Below are positions 37,925 to 47,859 of a DNA stretch of 64,000 nucleotides, piece by piece. This stretch comes from Candidatus Bathyarchaeia archaeon. Lineage in GTDB: Archaea; Thermoproteota; Bathyarchaeia; Bathyarchaeales; Bathycorpusculaceae. The stretch lies in NCBI GenBank assembly GCA_049512935.1, contig JBEKWR010000012.1:1-64000 (forward strand), written 5' to 3'. Numbering within the stretch: position 1 is the stretch's first letter; each line of letters starts with the position of its first letter. The notes under the pieces were generated by a model. The model saw only the letters and a program-made list of their open reading frames with translations, did not search any database and had not been told where the DNA came from. The translations under genes and the position numbers were made by a program.

Positions 37925-39370
37925 TCATTGTTTTGATTGTTGCAACAGCTCTGCTATGTACTCGTTGACTGTTTTGCCGTGTTTCTTTGCAACCCGCTTT
38001 ATCGCGTCGTTTATTCCCGTTGAGTACTGCACTGCCTTCTTTGGCTTATCCGCAACCGAGCTTGGCACGCCCGCGTTCAACGCGACCCTGCGCAAAACCA
38101 GCTTTCTCAGTGTGTCGGGTCTGGGTTCAATTTTGCATTCAATGGGCAAACTCATCGCAAACTCGGCAACATCGAACGACGCGAAAGGCAAACGCAACTC
38201 AACATCGTGGTAGCCCGTGATTTTTAGGTCTCGCTCAAGGTTGCTTAGATGAATGTTCACCACGTCGTGGAACATGGTTTTGAGGACTTTTTCGCTGCCT
38301 TCCTTGCAGTACTCGTTGACGTAGCGTTGGTAGCCCCCGAACAGTTCATCCGCGCCCTGCCCAGCCAGCACCACGTGGAATCCCTCTTCAGCCGCTTTTT
38401 CCGCAGTCCAGTAAAACGGCAGGCCAATGCTGGCTTTAATCGGGTCAGCCTCCTCGATGAGTGCGACGACTTTGGGCAGGGTTTTTTCCACGTCAGAATC
38501 CTTGAACAGATGCACCTGAAGAGGCAGGTTAAGCTGCTTTGCCGCTTCGATGGCTTCTTCTGTTTCAGCCTGATTCTCCATGCTTACATGCAGCAGGTTA
38601 ACTTTCACGCCAAGCTTACTTGCCAGATAAGCCACCAAGCTGCTGTCCAATCCTCCCGAAAACGCGGCTGCAACCTTCTTCACGTCACGAGTGCGCCTTC
38701 GGATCGATTCTTCAAGAAGAGTCTGAAGCCTCTTTGCTGCCTCATCCAACGATGTGGGCGTAGGCTCTGCAAATCTCAGGGCTTTAACCTGTTTGAACTG
38801 GAAGCCTTCACGGTTAACAAAAGCCATGTTTCCAGGCGGAAAAGAAACTGGGTTCTCTATTCCCAGCGCCCAGAGCGCTTTTCGGTTTGTCGCAATGGCT
38901 GCGAAGGTTTGGTTTTCGCCATAGTAGAGCGGTTGCACTCCTATCGGGTCTCTTCCAGCTCCAACCCAACCATCCTTGACCATGAGGAACGAATAGTCGC
39001 CATCCGCGTTTGCGATTAACTTTTGCAGGAGCGCTTCGCAGTGGAGCGGTTCCTTGGCAACCTCTTCCATCACTGCGGCTTTCGGTAAAGGCGAGTACAC
39101 TCTGCCCTCGAAAACAAGCGCTGCATCATCCAACTGCAAAAACTCGTAGCCGCCTGCCCCTTTAGGTTTCGAGGAAACATAGCCTGCCACAGTTGATGAA
39201 ACTAAGCCTTGTCTGCTCATGATGTCAAGGTTCTTGTCCAGTAAACTCTTCGTGGGCGAAACTAGCCCAAAATTTGAAGTCCGCACATCACCGAGCCCTT
39301 GAAGTAACTCAAGAACCCGACCAACCACATTATCACCGTGCTTATCCAACACCGCAACAGTAACCTTCAT
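37925..39370 (-). CDS. asnB: Asparagine synthetase B-like protein (no N-terminal catalytic Cys)
   Basis: RDPIGVQPLYY, FSGGLDSS, GQGADELFGGY, ELRLPF, KPKKAVQY.TG. Confidence 0.85.
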   Translation of the reverse strand: MKVTVAVLDKHGDNVVGRVLELLQGLGDVRTSNFGLVSPTKSLLDKNLDIMSRQGLVSSTVAGYVSSKPKGAGGYEFLQLDDAALVFEGRVYSPLPKAAVMEEVAKEPLHCEALLQKLIANADGDYSFLMVKDGWVGAGRDPIGVQPLYYGENQTFAAIATNRKALWALGIENPVSFPPGNMAFVNREGFQFKQVKALRFAEPTPTSLDEAAKRLQTLLEESIRRRTRDVKKVAAAFSGGLDSSLVAYLASKLGVKVNLLHVSMENQAETEEAIEAAKQLNLPLQVHLFKDSDVEKTLPKVVALIEEADPIKASIGLPFYWTAEKAAEEGFHVVLAGQGADELFGGYQRYVNEYCKEGSEKVLKTMFHDVVNIHLSNLERDLKITGYHDVELRLPFASFDVAEFAMSLPIECKIEPRPDTLRKLVLRRVALNAGVPSSVADKPKKAVQYSTGINDAIKRVAKKHGKTVNEYIAELLQQSKQ

Positions 39371-39465
39371 GTCTCAATACGCTCCTGCGTTGATTATTTT
39401 GTTAATGCACTGGTAAAACATTAATCTTTAATCTGCGTATCCTTCCCTGTTGAGGAAATACCAAC

Positions 39466-40800
39466 TTGCCAATCCTACCAATAGATACAGGCCGCTATGG
39501 CACGCCGGAAATGCTGAAAATCTTCGAGGAAGAAACCCGTCTCCAGAAACTGCTTGACGTTGAAGCCGCCTTGGCTTTTGCGCACGCTGAAGTAGGCGAC
39601 ATTCCAAGGAAGGACGCGGAAAAAATCGCTGCCATGGCTAGCACCAAGTACGTTAAAGTTGACCGTGTCAAGGCTATTGAGAAGGAGATTAAGCATGACA
39701 TTGCCGCGATGGTTCGGGCGCTCTCCGATGTTTGCGGGTCAAGCGGCGCCTACGTGCATTTGGGCGCGACCAGCTACGACATCGTGGACACCGCCAACGC
39801 GCTGCAACTGAGAAGGGCAATGGAAGTTATTGAGAAGAAGCTTGAAGATTTCAAGGCTACACTGCAGAAGCAGGCGGCGCGGCACAAGGAAACGGTGATG
39901 ATTGGCAGAACCCACGGGCAGCATGCTTTGCCGATCACGTTGGGGTTCAAGTTTGCCGTTTGGGGCTGGGAAGTCAACAGGCACATTGAACGCTTAGAAG
40001 AGTGCAAGAAACGGGTTTTAGTCGGGAAAATGAGCGGCGCAGTCGGCGCGCAAGCGGGTTTAGGCGAACACGCCGAGAAGATCCAGCAGCTTGTTATGGA
40101 ACGGCTTGGTCTTCATGCAGCGGAGATTTCGACGCAGATTGTCCAGAGAGACCGCTACGCCGAACTCGTATGCGTTTACGCGATGGTTGCTTCTTCGCTG
40201 GAAAACTTTGCCACCGAAATCCGCGAACTCCAGCGACCAGAAATCGGCGAGCTTTCTGAAGCGTTTGAACCGGACAAGCAGGTGGGCAGCTCAACGATGC
40301 CGCACAAGCAGAACCCTGAAACGTGCGAACGCGTCTGCGGCTTAGCTCGGATCGTACGCAGCCTTGTGGCTCCAGCGTTGGAGGACATGGTTACTTGGCA
40401 TGAAAGGGACCTTACTCAGTCGTCGGCTGAAAGGTTCATTTTTCCAGAATCAAACATTCTCCTCGACTACATGCTTAGCTTGATGTGTGACGTTGTCGCG
40501 AATTTGCGAGTTAACCAGGATCGGATGCTGCAGAACCTAAGCCTCACCCATGGGCGAGCAATGTCCGAAGCCGTGATGATGGCGCTGACAAAGAAGGGCG
40601 TGAACAGGCAGGAAGCACACGAGTTGCTGCGGAAGCTGACAATCGAAAGTGCAGCTGAGAAAAAAGATTTCAAACAGGTCCTACTTGCTGACAAGTTTGT
40701 AAGCGGCAAACTCTCGGAGAAAGAAATTGACCAAGCACTCGACCCGAAGAACTATTTAGGCACGGCAGTTAAACAAGCGGAAAAATTCGCTAAAACCTAA
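39466..40800 (+). CDS. purB: Adenylosuccinate lyase
   Basis: HLGATSYD, GRTHGQHA.P.T.G, GSSTMPHKQNP, WHERDL. Confidence 0.96.
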   Translation: MPILPIDTGRYGTPEMLKIFEEETRLQKLLDVEAALAFAHAEVGDIPRKDAEKIAAMASTKYVKVDRVKAIEKEIKHDIAAMVRALSDVCGSSGAYVHLGATSYDIVDTANALQLRRAMEVIEKKLEDFKATLQKQAARHKETVMIGRTHGQHALPITLGFKFAVWGWEVNRHIERLEECKKRVLVGKMSGAVGAQAGLGEHAEKIQQLVMERLGLHAAEISTQIVQRDRYAELVCVYAMVASSLENFATEIRELQRPEIGELSEAFEPDKQVGSSTMPHKQNPETCERVCGLARIVRSLVAPALEDMVTWHERDLTQSSAERFIFPESNILLDYMLSLMCDVVANLRVNQDRMLQNLSLTHGRAMSEAVMMALTKKGVNRQEAHELLRKLTIESAAEKKDFKQVLLADKFVSGKLSEKEIDQALDPKNYLGTAVKQAEKFAKT

Positions 40801-43028
40801 AATTCAGAAAGAGCTCTCTGCTTATACTCCTGCTCTCCACTCAGTTTTTCCCAAGTGTCCTTCTTCACGAAGCCGCCGACTTGCTCCTTAATTTTCTTCG
40901 CCAGCCTTGGACCCATAAGCGGCAAATTAGCCAAATCCTCAACCTGCGCAAGCTTCACGTCTTCGATGGTTCGGTAACCCGCGTTGAACATTATGCGTCC
41001 GCGAACTCTGCCTATGCCTTCGAGCCGCACAAGAGGCAGAAGTTCTTTCTTTATGCCTTTAGAAACCCGTTCAACAAGTTCGCTGGTTAGGGGACGAAGC
41101 TCTTTGCATCCGAACAGCCCAGCCAATTCGTCTGTCGCGTGGAGTAGCCACTTCGCGTTCTCAATCGTGCGGTACAGGTCGCCTGGCTGCACGTTAAACT
41201 GCTGAATCAGGTTTTCCTCGCTGACCTCTTCAACCCAGCTCTTCATAACAAGCGCAGTTTTGATTTCGCCCAGAAACTCTTCAAAGGCAAAACGGTCTTC
41301 CCACTCATTCGGTACGTCAGTGAAAAGTTCATCGCGGTGCTTCTCTAGAGCAAGCGCCAGCGGGTCAACTTCCCGGGCGTAGGGACGCATGACTGGTCCC
41401 ATGTCGGGCATGTGAGAAATCAAATGAAGCAAGCCAAAATCGGTTGGTTCCTTGGGTTTACTTTTTAGTGCTTCACGGATGACGACGCCTGACAGGGGGT
41501 CAATGTAGAGTTCGCTTACCCGTTTGCCGAACATCGTCGCGTAGATTTCGTCTCCGTTTACGCCGATCATTTCCTCTTCGTAGAGGTACTTGAGGATTTT
41601 TCCGATGATGCTCTTGATGGATTTAACGTCGTACTGGTAAGCATAGAATGTTTTTCCGAAAAACTCGTAAATCCCGTTCTCCGTGTGAGCGAAATCCGAG
41701 GCGACGGTTGACAGGACGTGCCCGCGCATGATTTTTTCAACCGCAAGCCTACTCCAAATCCGCTCGGGCTTAGCTAAAACGTAGCCTTCCATCAGGTAGT
41801 CGGCTTCATCCGATGTTTTGGCGATGAGGATCGATTCGCCCACTTTGTCGTATTTGGGTCGTCCAGCCCTGCCCGCCATCTGCTTGTACTCCAAAACGCT
41901 GATGGGGTAGTTGCCGTAGCCTGGCTCAAAACGCCTGTAGTCCTGGATGATAACTGTCCGCGCGGGAAGGTTAACGCCGAAAGCCAAAGTTGGAGTCGCC
42001 GTCAAAACCTTGATTTTGCCCTGCTTAAACGAGTCCTCAATCAACTTGCGATGAGCACCAGCTAACCCAGCATGGTGAAAAGCGGTTCCGCACCGAACCA
42101 GTTCGGCTAAGGTGTCGCTGATTTGCGTTCGCTCGCCTGCGGAGAGGATTTGCTCTGCCTCGTGCTCCAGCGTTCGCTTCATGGGTTTGGATAAGGCTTC
42201 GCCCGTGTGCTGGGCAATGGTTTTGGCGGCTGAAACCGCGTTTTTACGTGTGGAAGCGAAAACCAAGGCTTGTCCGCCAGTCTTCAGCGTGTTTAAGACG
42301 AGGTTTACGGTTGGCAAATGGGTTTTGCGTTCGACTTTTTTGGCGTCGCCGTCTTTGAACTGGATTTCATCGTGCAGAAGCACGCCTTCTTTTAGGCTGA
42401 CTGGACGCCACTCGGTGACGATGTACTTGGCGTTTAACCAGCCCGCGATTTCGTCAACGTTGTTTATGGTGGCGCTGAGCGCAAGGATTTGGATGTCTGG
42501 GTTAACCTGCAGCAGCCGGGCTAAGACGATTTCAAGAGTTGGACCGCGCCCTGCATCGTTGAGAAGGTGAACCTCATCGGCAACGACAAGCGAGATTTCA
42601 TCCATCCACTTGGCGCGGTGCCGCAGAAGAGAATCAGCCTTCTCGTTGGTCGTGACGATTATGTCGTAACGTTCGAGCCAATTGTCAGCGGTGTCAAAGT
42701 CGCCTGTGCTGATGCCCACTGAGACTTTTCTGCCGTTCGCTTTTTTTATGGACGAGTATTTTCCGAATTCTTCGAATTTTTCGCTTGCCAAGGCTCGAAG
42801 CGGCGAGAGGTAAATTACTTTGCCGTTTTTTTCCAGCACGTGTTTGAGCGCGCAGAGTTCAGCGATCAAAGTTTTGCCCGAAGCGGTTGGGCTGGCGAGC
42901 ACGATGTTCTGTCCTTCCAACACTCCTGCCCGTACGGTATCCTCCTGAGGGGGAAAAAGCTCTGCAATTCCCATGTTCTGCAGGATTTCCTTGACTGGGT
43001 CTGGAACGGGCAACTCTGAAATCTTCAA
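40797..43028 (-). CDS. hel308: Ski2-like helicase Hel308
   Basis: PTASGKT, DEVH, LSAT, FHHAGL, GVNLPA, QMAGRAGRP, C-terminal HhH. Confidence 0.95.
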   Translation of the reverse strand: MKISELPVPDPVKEILQNMGIAELFPPQEDTVRAGVLEGQNIVLASPTASGKTLIAELCALKHVLEKNGKVIYLSPLRALASEKFEEFGKYSSIKKANGRKVSVGISTGDFDTADNWLERYDIIVTTNEKADSLLRHRAKWMDEISLVVADEVHLLNDAGRGPTLEIVLARLLQVNPDIQILALSATINNVDEIAGWLNAKYIVTEWRPVSLKEGVLLHDEIQFKDGDAKKVERKTHLPTVNLVLNTLKTGGQALVFASTRKNAVSAAKTIAQHTGEALSKPMKRTLEHEAEQILSAGERTQISDTLAELVRCGTAFHHAGLAGAHRKLIEDSFKQGKIKVLTATPTLAFGVNLPARTVIIQDYRRFEPGYGNYPISVLEYKQMAGRAGRPKYDKVGESILIAKTSDEADYLMEGYVLAKPERIWSRLAVEKIMRGHVLSTVASDFAHTENGIYEFFGKTFYAYQYDVKSIKSIIGKILKYLYEEEMIGVNGDEIYATMFGKRVSELYIDPLSGVVIREALKSKPKEPTDFGLLHLISHMPDMGPVMRPYAREVDPLALALEKHRDELFTDVPNEWEDRFAFEEFLGEIKTALVMKSWVEEVSEENLIQQFNVQPGDLYRTIENAKWLLHATDELAGLFGCKELRPLTSELVERVSKGIKKELLPLVRLEGIGRVRGRIMFNAGYRTIEDVKLAQVEDLANLPLMGPRLAKKIKEQVGGFVKKDTWEKLSGEQEYKQRALSEF

Positions 43029-43184
43029 TTTAACTCGCCATCAAACGGTGTTTACCATTTATTGAAGAAGCTAGTTAATAGTGTTAGCCATGCGGCGGAA
43101 TAATTTTTCAGCTACGTTTTTCTATTTGATTAAGATATTAAGAGTGACGAGTTATCTAATCCCTTAAAACAGGTAGGATACTGT

Positions 43185-44408
43185 ATGGTTGAAAACGTAA
43201 AAGAACTCCTCAAATTGCACGAAGGCATAACACATGAGGTCTACTTGGACAACGAAAACTCCAGCATCGTTCCACAGGAAATCGTTGATGAGATGCTGCC
43301 GTACTTTAACAAGAAAGCCTACGGCAACCCGACGCTTACACACAAACCAGGCTGGGAAGCCTTCGAAGTCATAATGAACTGTTTCCAAAAGGTCAGCAAA
43401 TCCATCGGCGCGAAAAACCTTGAAGACATAACTTTCACCCCAGGCGAAACAGAGGCAAACAATCTTGCAATCATGGGTTCATGCTTTGCGCAGAAAAGCA
43501 AGGGCAAAAAAATAGTTATCTCCGAAATCGAGCCGATCAACGTGTTGCAGGTTGCGGAGATGATGCAGAAGTTCGGGTTCACAATGACAAAAGTCCCAGT
43601 TAACCAAGAGGGCTTCATAAACCTTGAGAAGCTCAAAGAAGCAGTTGACAGCGAAACCGTTCTCGTAAGCATTTCAGCAGTAAACAACGAGATTGGCACG
43701 GTTCAGCCGATTAAAGAAGCAGTTGACATTGTCAAAGCCAAAAACCATGAAACCCTATTTCACACGGACGCTTCCGACGCCTACTGTAGAATACCCCTAA
43801 ACGTACAAGACCTAAACGTTGACTTGGCAACACTTAGCAGCTACAAGATTTTGGGTCCACGCGGAATGGGCGCAATGTACCTTCGAGACGGCATAAACAT
43901 GGAGCGCATTCTTGAAGGGCAAATAGGCACACAGAAACTTTGGCCAGGAGTCGAAAACACCCCGTTAATCGTCGGCTTCACAAAAGCTTGTGAATTGGCA
44001 ACACAGAACTTCGAAGCAAACGTCGCTAAAATGCGCATGCTCCGCGACAAACTTGTTGACGGCATATTCGCTGAGCTTGATGACCTCCGCTTTAACGGTC
44101 CAAAAGGCGACAAGCGTTCACCAGATAACGCGAACGTAAGCATCCTGAGGGCGGAAGGCGAAGCGTTAACCATCGAGTTAAGCTTGAAAGGCGTCTACGT
44201 CTCCAGCGGCAGCGCCTGCAGTCGAAGATTGCTTCAGCCAAGCCATGTTCTAGTCGCTATCGGACGCAGGTTCAGCGAGGCGCACGGCAGTATTCTGATG
44301 AAAACCACGCGTTACCAAACAGAAGAGGATATAGCTTACGTCTTGAGTGTCTTACCACCATCGGTCAACCGTATAAGAGGGATAGTTGGCTCAACAGGAG
44401 TTGATTAG
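43185..44408 (+). CDS. IscS/NifS-like class V protein with a degenerate PLP site
   Basis: YLDN, YGNP, NNEIG, SSGSACS retained; several PLP/substrate residues substituted (see findings). Confidence 0.85.
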   Translation: MVENVKELLKLHEGITHEVYLDNENSSIVPQEIVDEMLPYFNKKAYGNPTLTHKPGWEAFEVIMNCFQKVSKSIGAKNLEDITFTPGETEANNLAIMGSCFAQKSKGKKIVISEIEPINVLQVAEMMQKFGFTMTKVPVNQEGFINLEKLKEAVDSETVLVSISAVNNEIGTVQPIKEAVDIVKAKNHETLFHTDASDAYCRIPLNVQDLNVDLATLSSYKILGPRGMGAMYLRDGINMERILEGQIGTQKLWPGVENTPLIVGFTKACELATQNFEANVAKMRMLRDKLVDGIFAELDDLRFNGPKGDKRSPDNANVSILRAEGEALTIELSLKGVYVSSGSACSRRLLQPSHVLVAIGRRFSEAHGSILMKTTRYQTEEDIAYVLSVLPPSVNRIRGIVGSTGVD

Positions 44409-44921
44409 ATGTCGCGTATACCATTACCTTACAACCCGAAAGTCATGGATTTGTTCAGGAACCCCAAGAACCTGGGAAAAATGGATGATGCAACGGTCGT
44501 TGCAGTTGCGGGGAACCCAGCCTGCGGAGACATGATAACGTTCTACCTGAAAATAAGTAGCGAAGGCTTCATCGAGAAAGCAAGCTTCGAAAGTTACGGT
44601 TGCGCCGCGAACATTGCCACGTCAAGCATAGTTACGGAAATGATCAAGGGTTTAAGTCTACAAGCAGCTTGGGAAGACATAACTTGGAAGAGGGTCACTG
44701 AGGAAATCGGCGGCTTACCCAGCGTCAAATTCCACTGCGGAGTTTTAGCCGTGGGCGCGCTGAAACGGGCAATACGGCAGTATTACAAGCAAAGAAATGT
44801 TGCGGCTCCAAGCTGGATGCCTGCAGACCACACGTTTGAAGAGAAGCAGGCGCTGGAAGAGGAAGAGCTGGCGAAGTTGCTGTCTAAGAGGTTAAAGACT
44901 GAAGAGAAGGCAGAGAAGTAA
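44409..44921 (+). CDS. iscU: Fe-S scaffold IscU/NifU-N with acidic C-terminal extension
   Basis: F.NPKN.G, GNPACGD, YGCAA.IA, K.HC. Confidence 0.92.
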   Translation: MSRIPLPYNPKVMDLFRNPKNLGKMDDATVVAVAGNPACGDMITFYLKISSEGFIEKASFESYGCAANIATSSIVTEMIKGLSLQAAWEDITWKRVTEEIGGLPSVKFHCGVLAVGALKRAIRQYYKQRNVAAPSWMPADHTFEEKQALEEEELAKLLSKRLKTEEKAEK

Positions 44922-44923
44922 TC

Positions 44924-46153
44924 GTGGACATCGAAGCGATACGCCAGGATTTTCCAATACTGAAACGTCAAGTAAACGGCAATCCCCTAATTTACTTTGA
45001 CAACGCCGCAACCGCTCAGAAGCCCCGCCAAGTCATCGAAGCCGTAAGCGACTACTACAACAACCACAACGCAAACGTGCACAGGGCGGTCCACACGCTT
45101 TCTTTGGAGGCAACCGACCTCTACGAGAAGTCACGGGAGAAAATAGCCGATTTCATAGGCGCAGAAGACCCCTCTGAGCTGGTTTTTGTCAGGGGAACAA
45201 CCGAAGCCATCAATCTGGTCGCGTACTCTTGGGGACTGAACAACCTGTGCAGCGGCGACGAGGTTTTGCTTTCCATGATGGAGCACCACAGCAACATAAT
45301 ACCGTGGGAAATCACTTCGAAACTGAAAGGCTTCACCATCAAGTACGCCAACGTAAACCCCGACGGCACCCTAGACTACGACGATTTAGAAGCCAAGTTT
45401 TCCAGCAGAACAAAGATTTGCTGCCTAAGCCACGTTTCAAACGTCACAGGCGTAATCAACGACGTTGAAAGAGTCTGCAAAGCTGCACACGACCACGGCG
45501 CTCTGATGCTTGTGGACGGCGCTCAGTCCGTGCCGCACGTTCCCATTAACGTGAAGGATTTATGCCTTGATTTTCTGGCTTTCTCGGGACACAAAATGCT
45601 GGCTCCAACAGGCATAGGCGGGCTCTACGGCAAGAAGGAAATTCTTGAAAAGATGCCGCCGTTCATGGGCGGAGGGGAAATGATCAGAGAAGTGGAGTTC
45701 TCTCAAGGCAGCTGCAAGATTTCCTGGAACGATTTGCCGTGGAAGTTTGAAGCGGGAACCCCTAACGTCGGCGGCGCCATCGGGTTAGGCGAAGCCGTAA
45801 AGTACCTTAAGGGCTTAGGCATGGACAATGTTCTTAGCCACGAGAAGGAATTGACCAGGTACACCTTCGAACGCCTCCGCGAGTGCAGCAAAGTAACGGT
45901 TTACGGTCCCAGCGACCTTTCAAAGAAATGCGGAATAATTCCCTTCAGCGTCAAGGACTTGTCATCGCACGACGTAGCGTTGATCTTCGATAACTACGGC
46001 ATAATGATTAGAAGCGGCTACCACTGCGCGCAACCCCTGCATCAGGAGATTCTTAAGCTTCACTCCTCAGACCGCGCAAGCTTCTACATTTACAACACGC
46101 GCGAGGAAGTTGACCGTTTCATCGAGGTCTTAAAGGAGATCGAGCAACTCTGA
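44924..46153 (+). CDS. sufS: Cysteine desulfurase, SufS family
   Basis: YFDNAATAQKP, EHHSN, DGAQS, FSGHKM, FEAGTP, RSGYHCAQP, RASFY.YN. Confidence 0.95.
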   Translation: MDIEAIRQDFPILKRQVNGNPLIYFDNAATAQKPRQVIEAVSDYYNNHNANVHRAVHTLSLEATDLYEKSREKIADFIGAEDPSELVFVRGTTEAINLVAYSWGLNNLCSGDEVLLSMMEHHSNIIPWEITSKLKGFTIKYANVNPDGTLDYDDLEAKFSSRTKICCLSHVSNVTGVINDVERVCKAAHDHGALMLVDGAQSVPHVPINVKDLCLDFLAFSGHKMLAPTGIGGLYGKKEILEKMPPFMGGGEMIREVEFSQGSCKISWNDLPWKFEAGTPNVGGAIGLGEAVKYLKGLGMDNVLSHEKELTRYTFERLRECSKVTVYGPSDLSKKCGIIPFSVKDLSSHDVALIFDNYGIMIRSGYHCAQPLHQEILKLHSSDRASFYIYNTREEVDRFIEVLKEIEQL

Positions 46154-46422
46154 CGCCAACCATTGAAGATTACGTTGCGCGGGTGGAAGGCACATGCGGC
46201 GCAGAAAAAGACGTCATCGTCTTCTTCAAGTACGACAAGAAAGATGAAGCCATCGCCAATATCCTAAAGAAAGCCAAAGTAAACAACAAGATCGCCGGCA
46301 TAATTTTTGAGCTCTCCTTCGAAAACTTTTCTTTCCGCCTCTACACAAGCGGCAAAGCAATCTTCCGCAGCGTCAAAAACAGGGAAGAACTAAACAGTAT
46401 TCTAGCCAAACTTCTGCTTTAG
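46150..46422 (+). CDS. Small alpha/beta protein resembling the MoeB/ThiF C-terminal (TBP-like) domain
   Basis: TCG....I..., LYTSGKAIF; CTG at 46150 overlaps the sufS stop (CTGA) and is in frame with track ORF 46183. Confidence 0.6.
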   Translation: MTPTIEDYVARVEGTCGAEKDVIVFFKYDKKDEAIANILKKAKVNNKIAGIIFELSFENFSFRLYTSGKAIFRSVKNREELNSILAKLLL

Positions 46423-46481
46423 AAAACAAAGTGGAATTTTTCCTTATTTTGAAATGTCCTGATTTCACGAACTTTTCTGTT

Positions 46482-47528
46482 TCACTCTTTGTAGAGGAAG
46501 CGTTTTCCGCTAGCCATGTCGTCTAGTTTTTGCCTGCCTACGACCCCGTGTTTTCTCAGGATTTCTCGGTGGACATGTGCCTGCTCGATTCGCGCTATGA
46601 ACAGCTTGTTCATGGTGAAGAAGTCTGCAATTAGACTTTTGAAGGCTGTTTTGCCTTTTTTTGCCTTGCTGTACTCGTACCTGAACACGCTTCTTTCGAA
46701 ATAGGCGAGGATGATGTATGGCCATAAAAAGTACGGCGCTATCTTCAGGTACATGGCGTGAGTGTTGAGCACGCTGAGCCTGAGAAGCCTGTCAGTCATG
46801 GCACTACCAGTTCGGCTGCTCTTATGCACGGCTTTGACCTGCGGAACAAAAAGCAGCTTGTAACCTGCACAAGTCATTCGAAACCCGAAATCCACGTCGT
46901 CGTAATTGAAAATGAAGGTGCTGTCGAATCCGCCGACGCCGAGAAGCGCGTCTTTTCTGATAAGCATAAACGCGCCTCTTAGGTACGGAATCTCCTCTGC
47001 CTTCAAGTCATGAAGCTCGCTCACACACATACCTTGGGACCTGCAGTAAGGGTTGTACCTGTTTTTGTCAACCTTTTTTATGTAGTCGCCCGCGGAGTCG
47101 ACGGTTTCTAAGTCAAGTTTGACGAGTAAAGGCTGAATTCCTTGGCACTTATTAGCGTGCAAAAGTTCAAGCAGAGGCGCTATGTCGTCCAGAATCATTG
47201 TGTCGTCATCGGCAAACAGAAGAATTGGTGAACCCGCCAGAACGGCGCCGACATTTCGCCCCAACGCTAGCCCCCTGTTGTCTTCCTTTTTCATCAGCAC
47301 AAGCCTTGTTTTCACAAGGTTTGGCTTTCCCATTAAGTAGGCGCGCAAATTTTGGCTGATGTTTTGTTCTGAATCGATCGAGTCAACCAGAAGGATTAGT
47401 TCGTATTTTACGGTTAGCCTGCTTGTCGAATCAATTAAGGCGGTGACGTATTGGTTTGGGAAGCTTGGGAAAACGACGATGATGCTTACTGCTGCCTGCC
47501 CCTCAACATGATGATCAACAGTAAACAC
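46482..47528 (-). CDS. Glycosyltransferase family 2
   Basis: GLALGRNVG, FADDD, GAFMLIR, GGFD..F....DDVD.GFR. Confidence 0.9.
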   Translation of the reverse strand: MFTVDHHVEGQAAVSIIVVFPSFPNQYVTALIDSTSRLTVKYELILLVDSIDSEQNISQNLRAYLMGKPNLVKTRLVLMKKEDNRGLALGRNVGAVLAGSPILLFADDDTMILDDIAPLLELLHANKCQGIQPLLVKLDLETVDSAGDYIKKVDKNRYNPYCRSQGMCVSELHDLKAEEIPYLRGAFMLIRKDALLGVGGFDSTFIFNYDDVDFGFRMTCAGYKLLFVPQVKAVHKSSRTGSAMTDRLLRLSVLNTHAMYLKIAPYFLWPYIILAYFERSVFRYEYSKAKKGKTAFKSLIADFFTMNKLFIARIEQAHVHREILRKHGVVGRQKLDDMASGKRFLYKE

Positions 47529-47859
47529 TTTCGAAATGTACGATGCCCCACGAGGTTTTGCTTTTGCTTTAGATAGCGACGCGTTTTATGTGTATTGGTT
47601 TGCTTTTGGGTATTAATGTTTCTGTGAAGAGACGCCAGGGAAGCTAAAAATTAATTAAGGGTGCAGTTGAGGTTAACATTAATTTACAAAAGTTATACTG
47701 GTGAATCGGTGGGTAACGCCGCGTTTCTGGTTAAAAGTTTAGGAAGAAACCCTGCGAGTGCGGTGAAAATGGCTTAGAATGCAAGTGTTTTCCGATTGCG
47801 GCAATTCTTAAATGGATAAGTTGATGAAAAAAATCTTGGATCAAATTCAGCATGGAAGG

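Noticed and set aside
37797-39019. Plus-strand ORFs of 138 and 256 aa (and similar long ORFs at 21331-22044 and 55905-56549)
   Set aside because: Shadows of well-supported genes on the opposite strand
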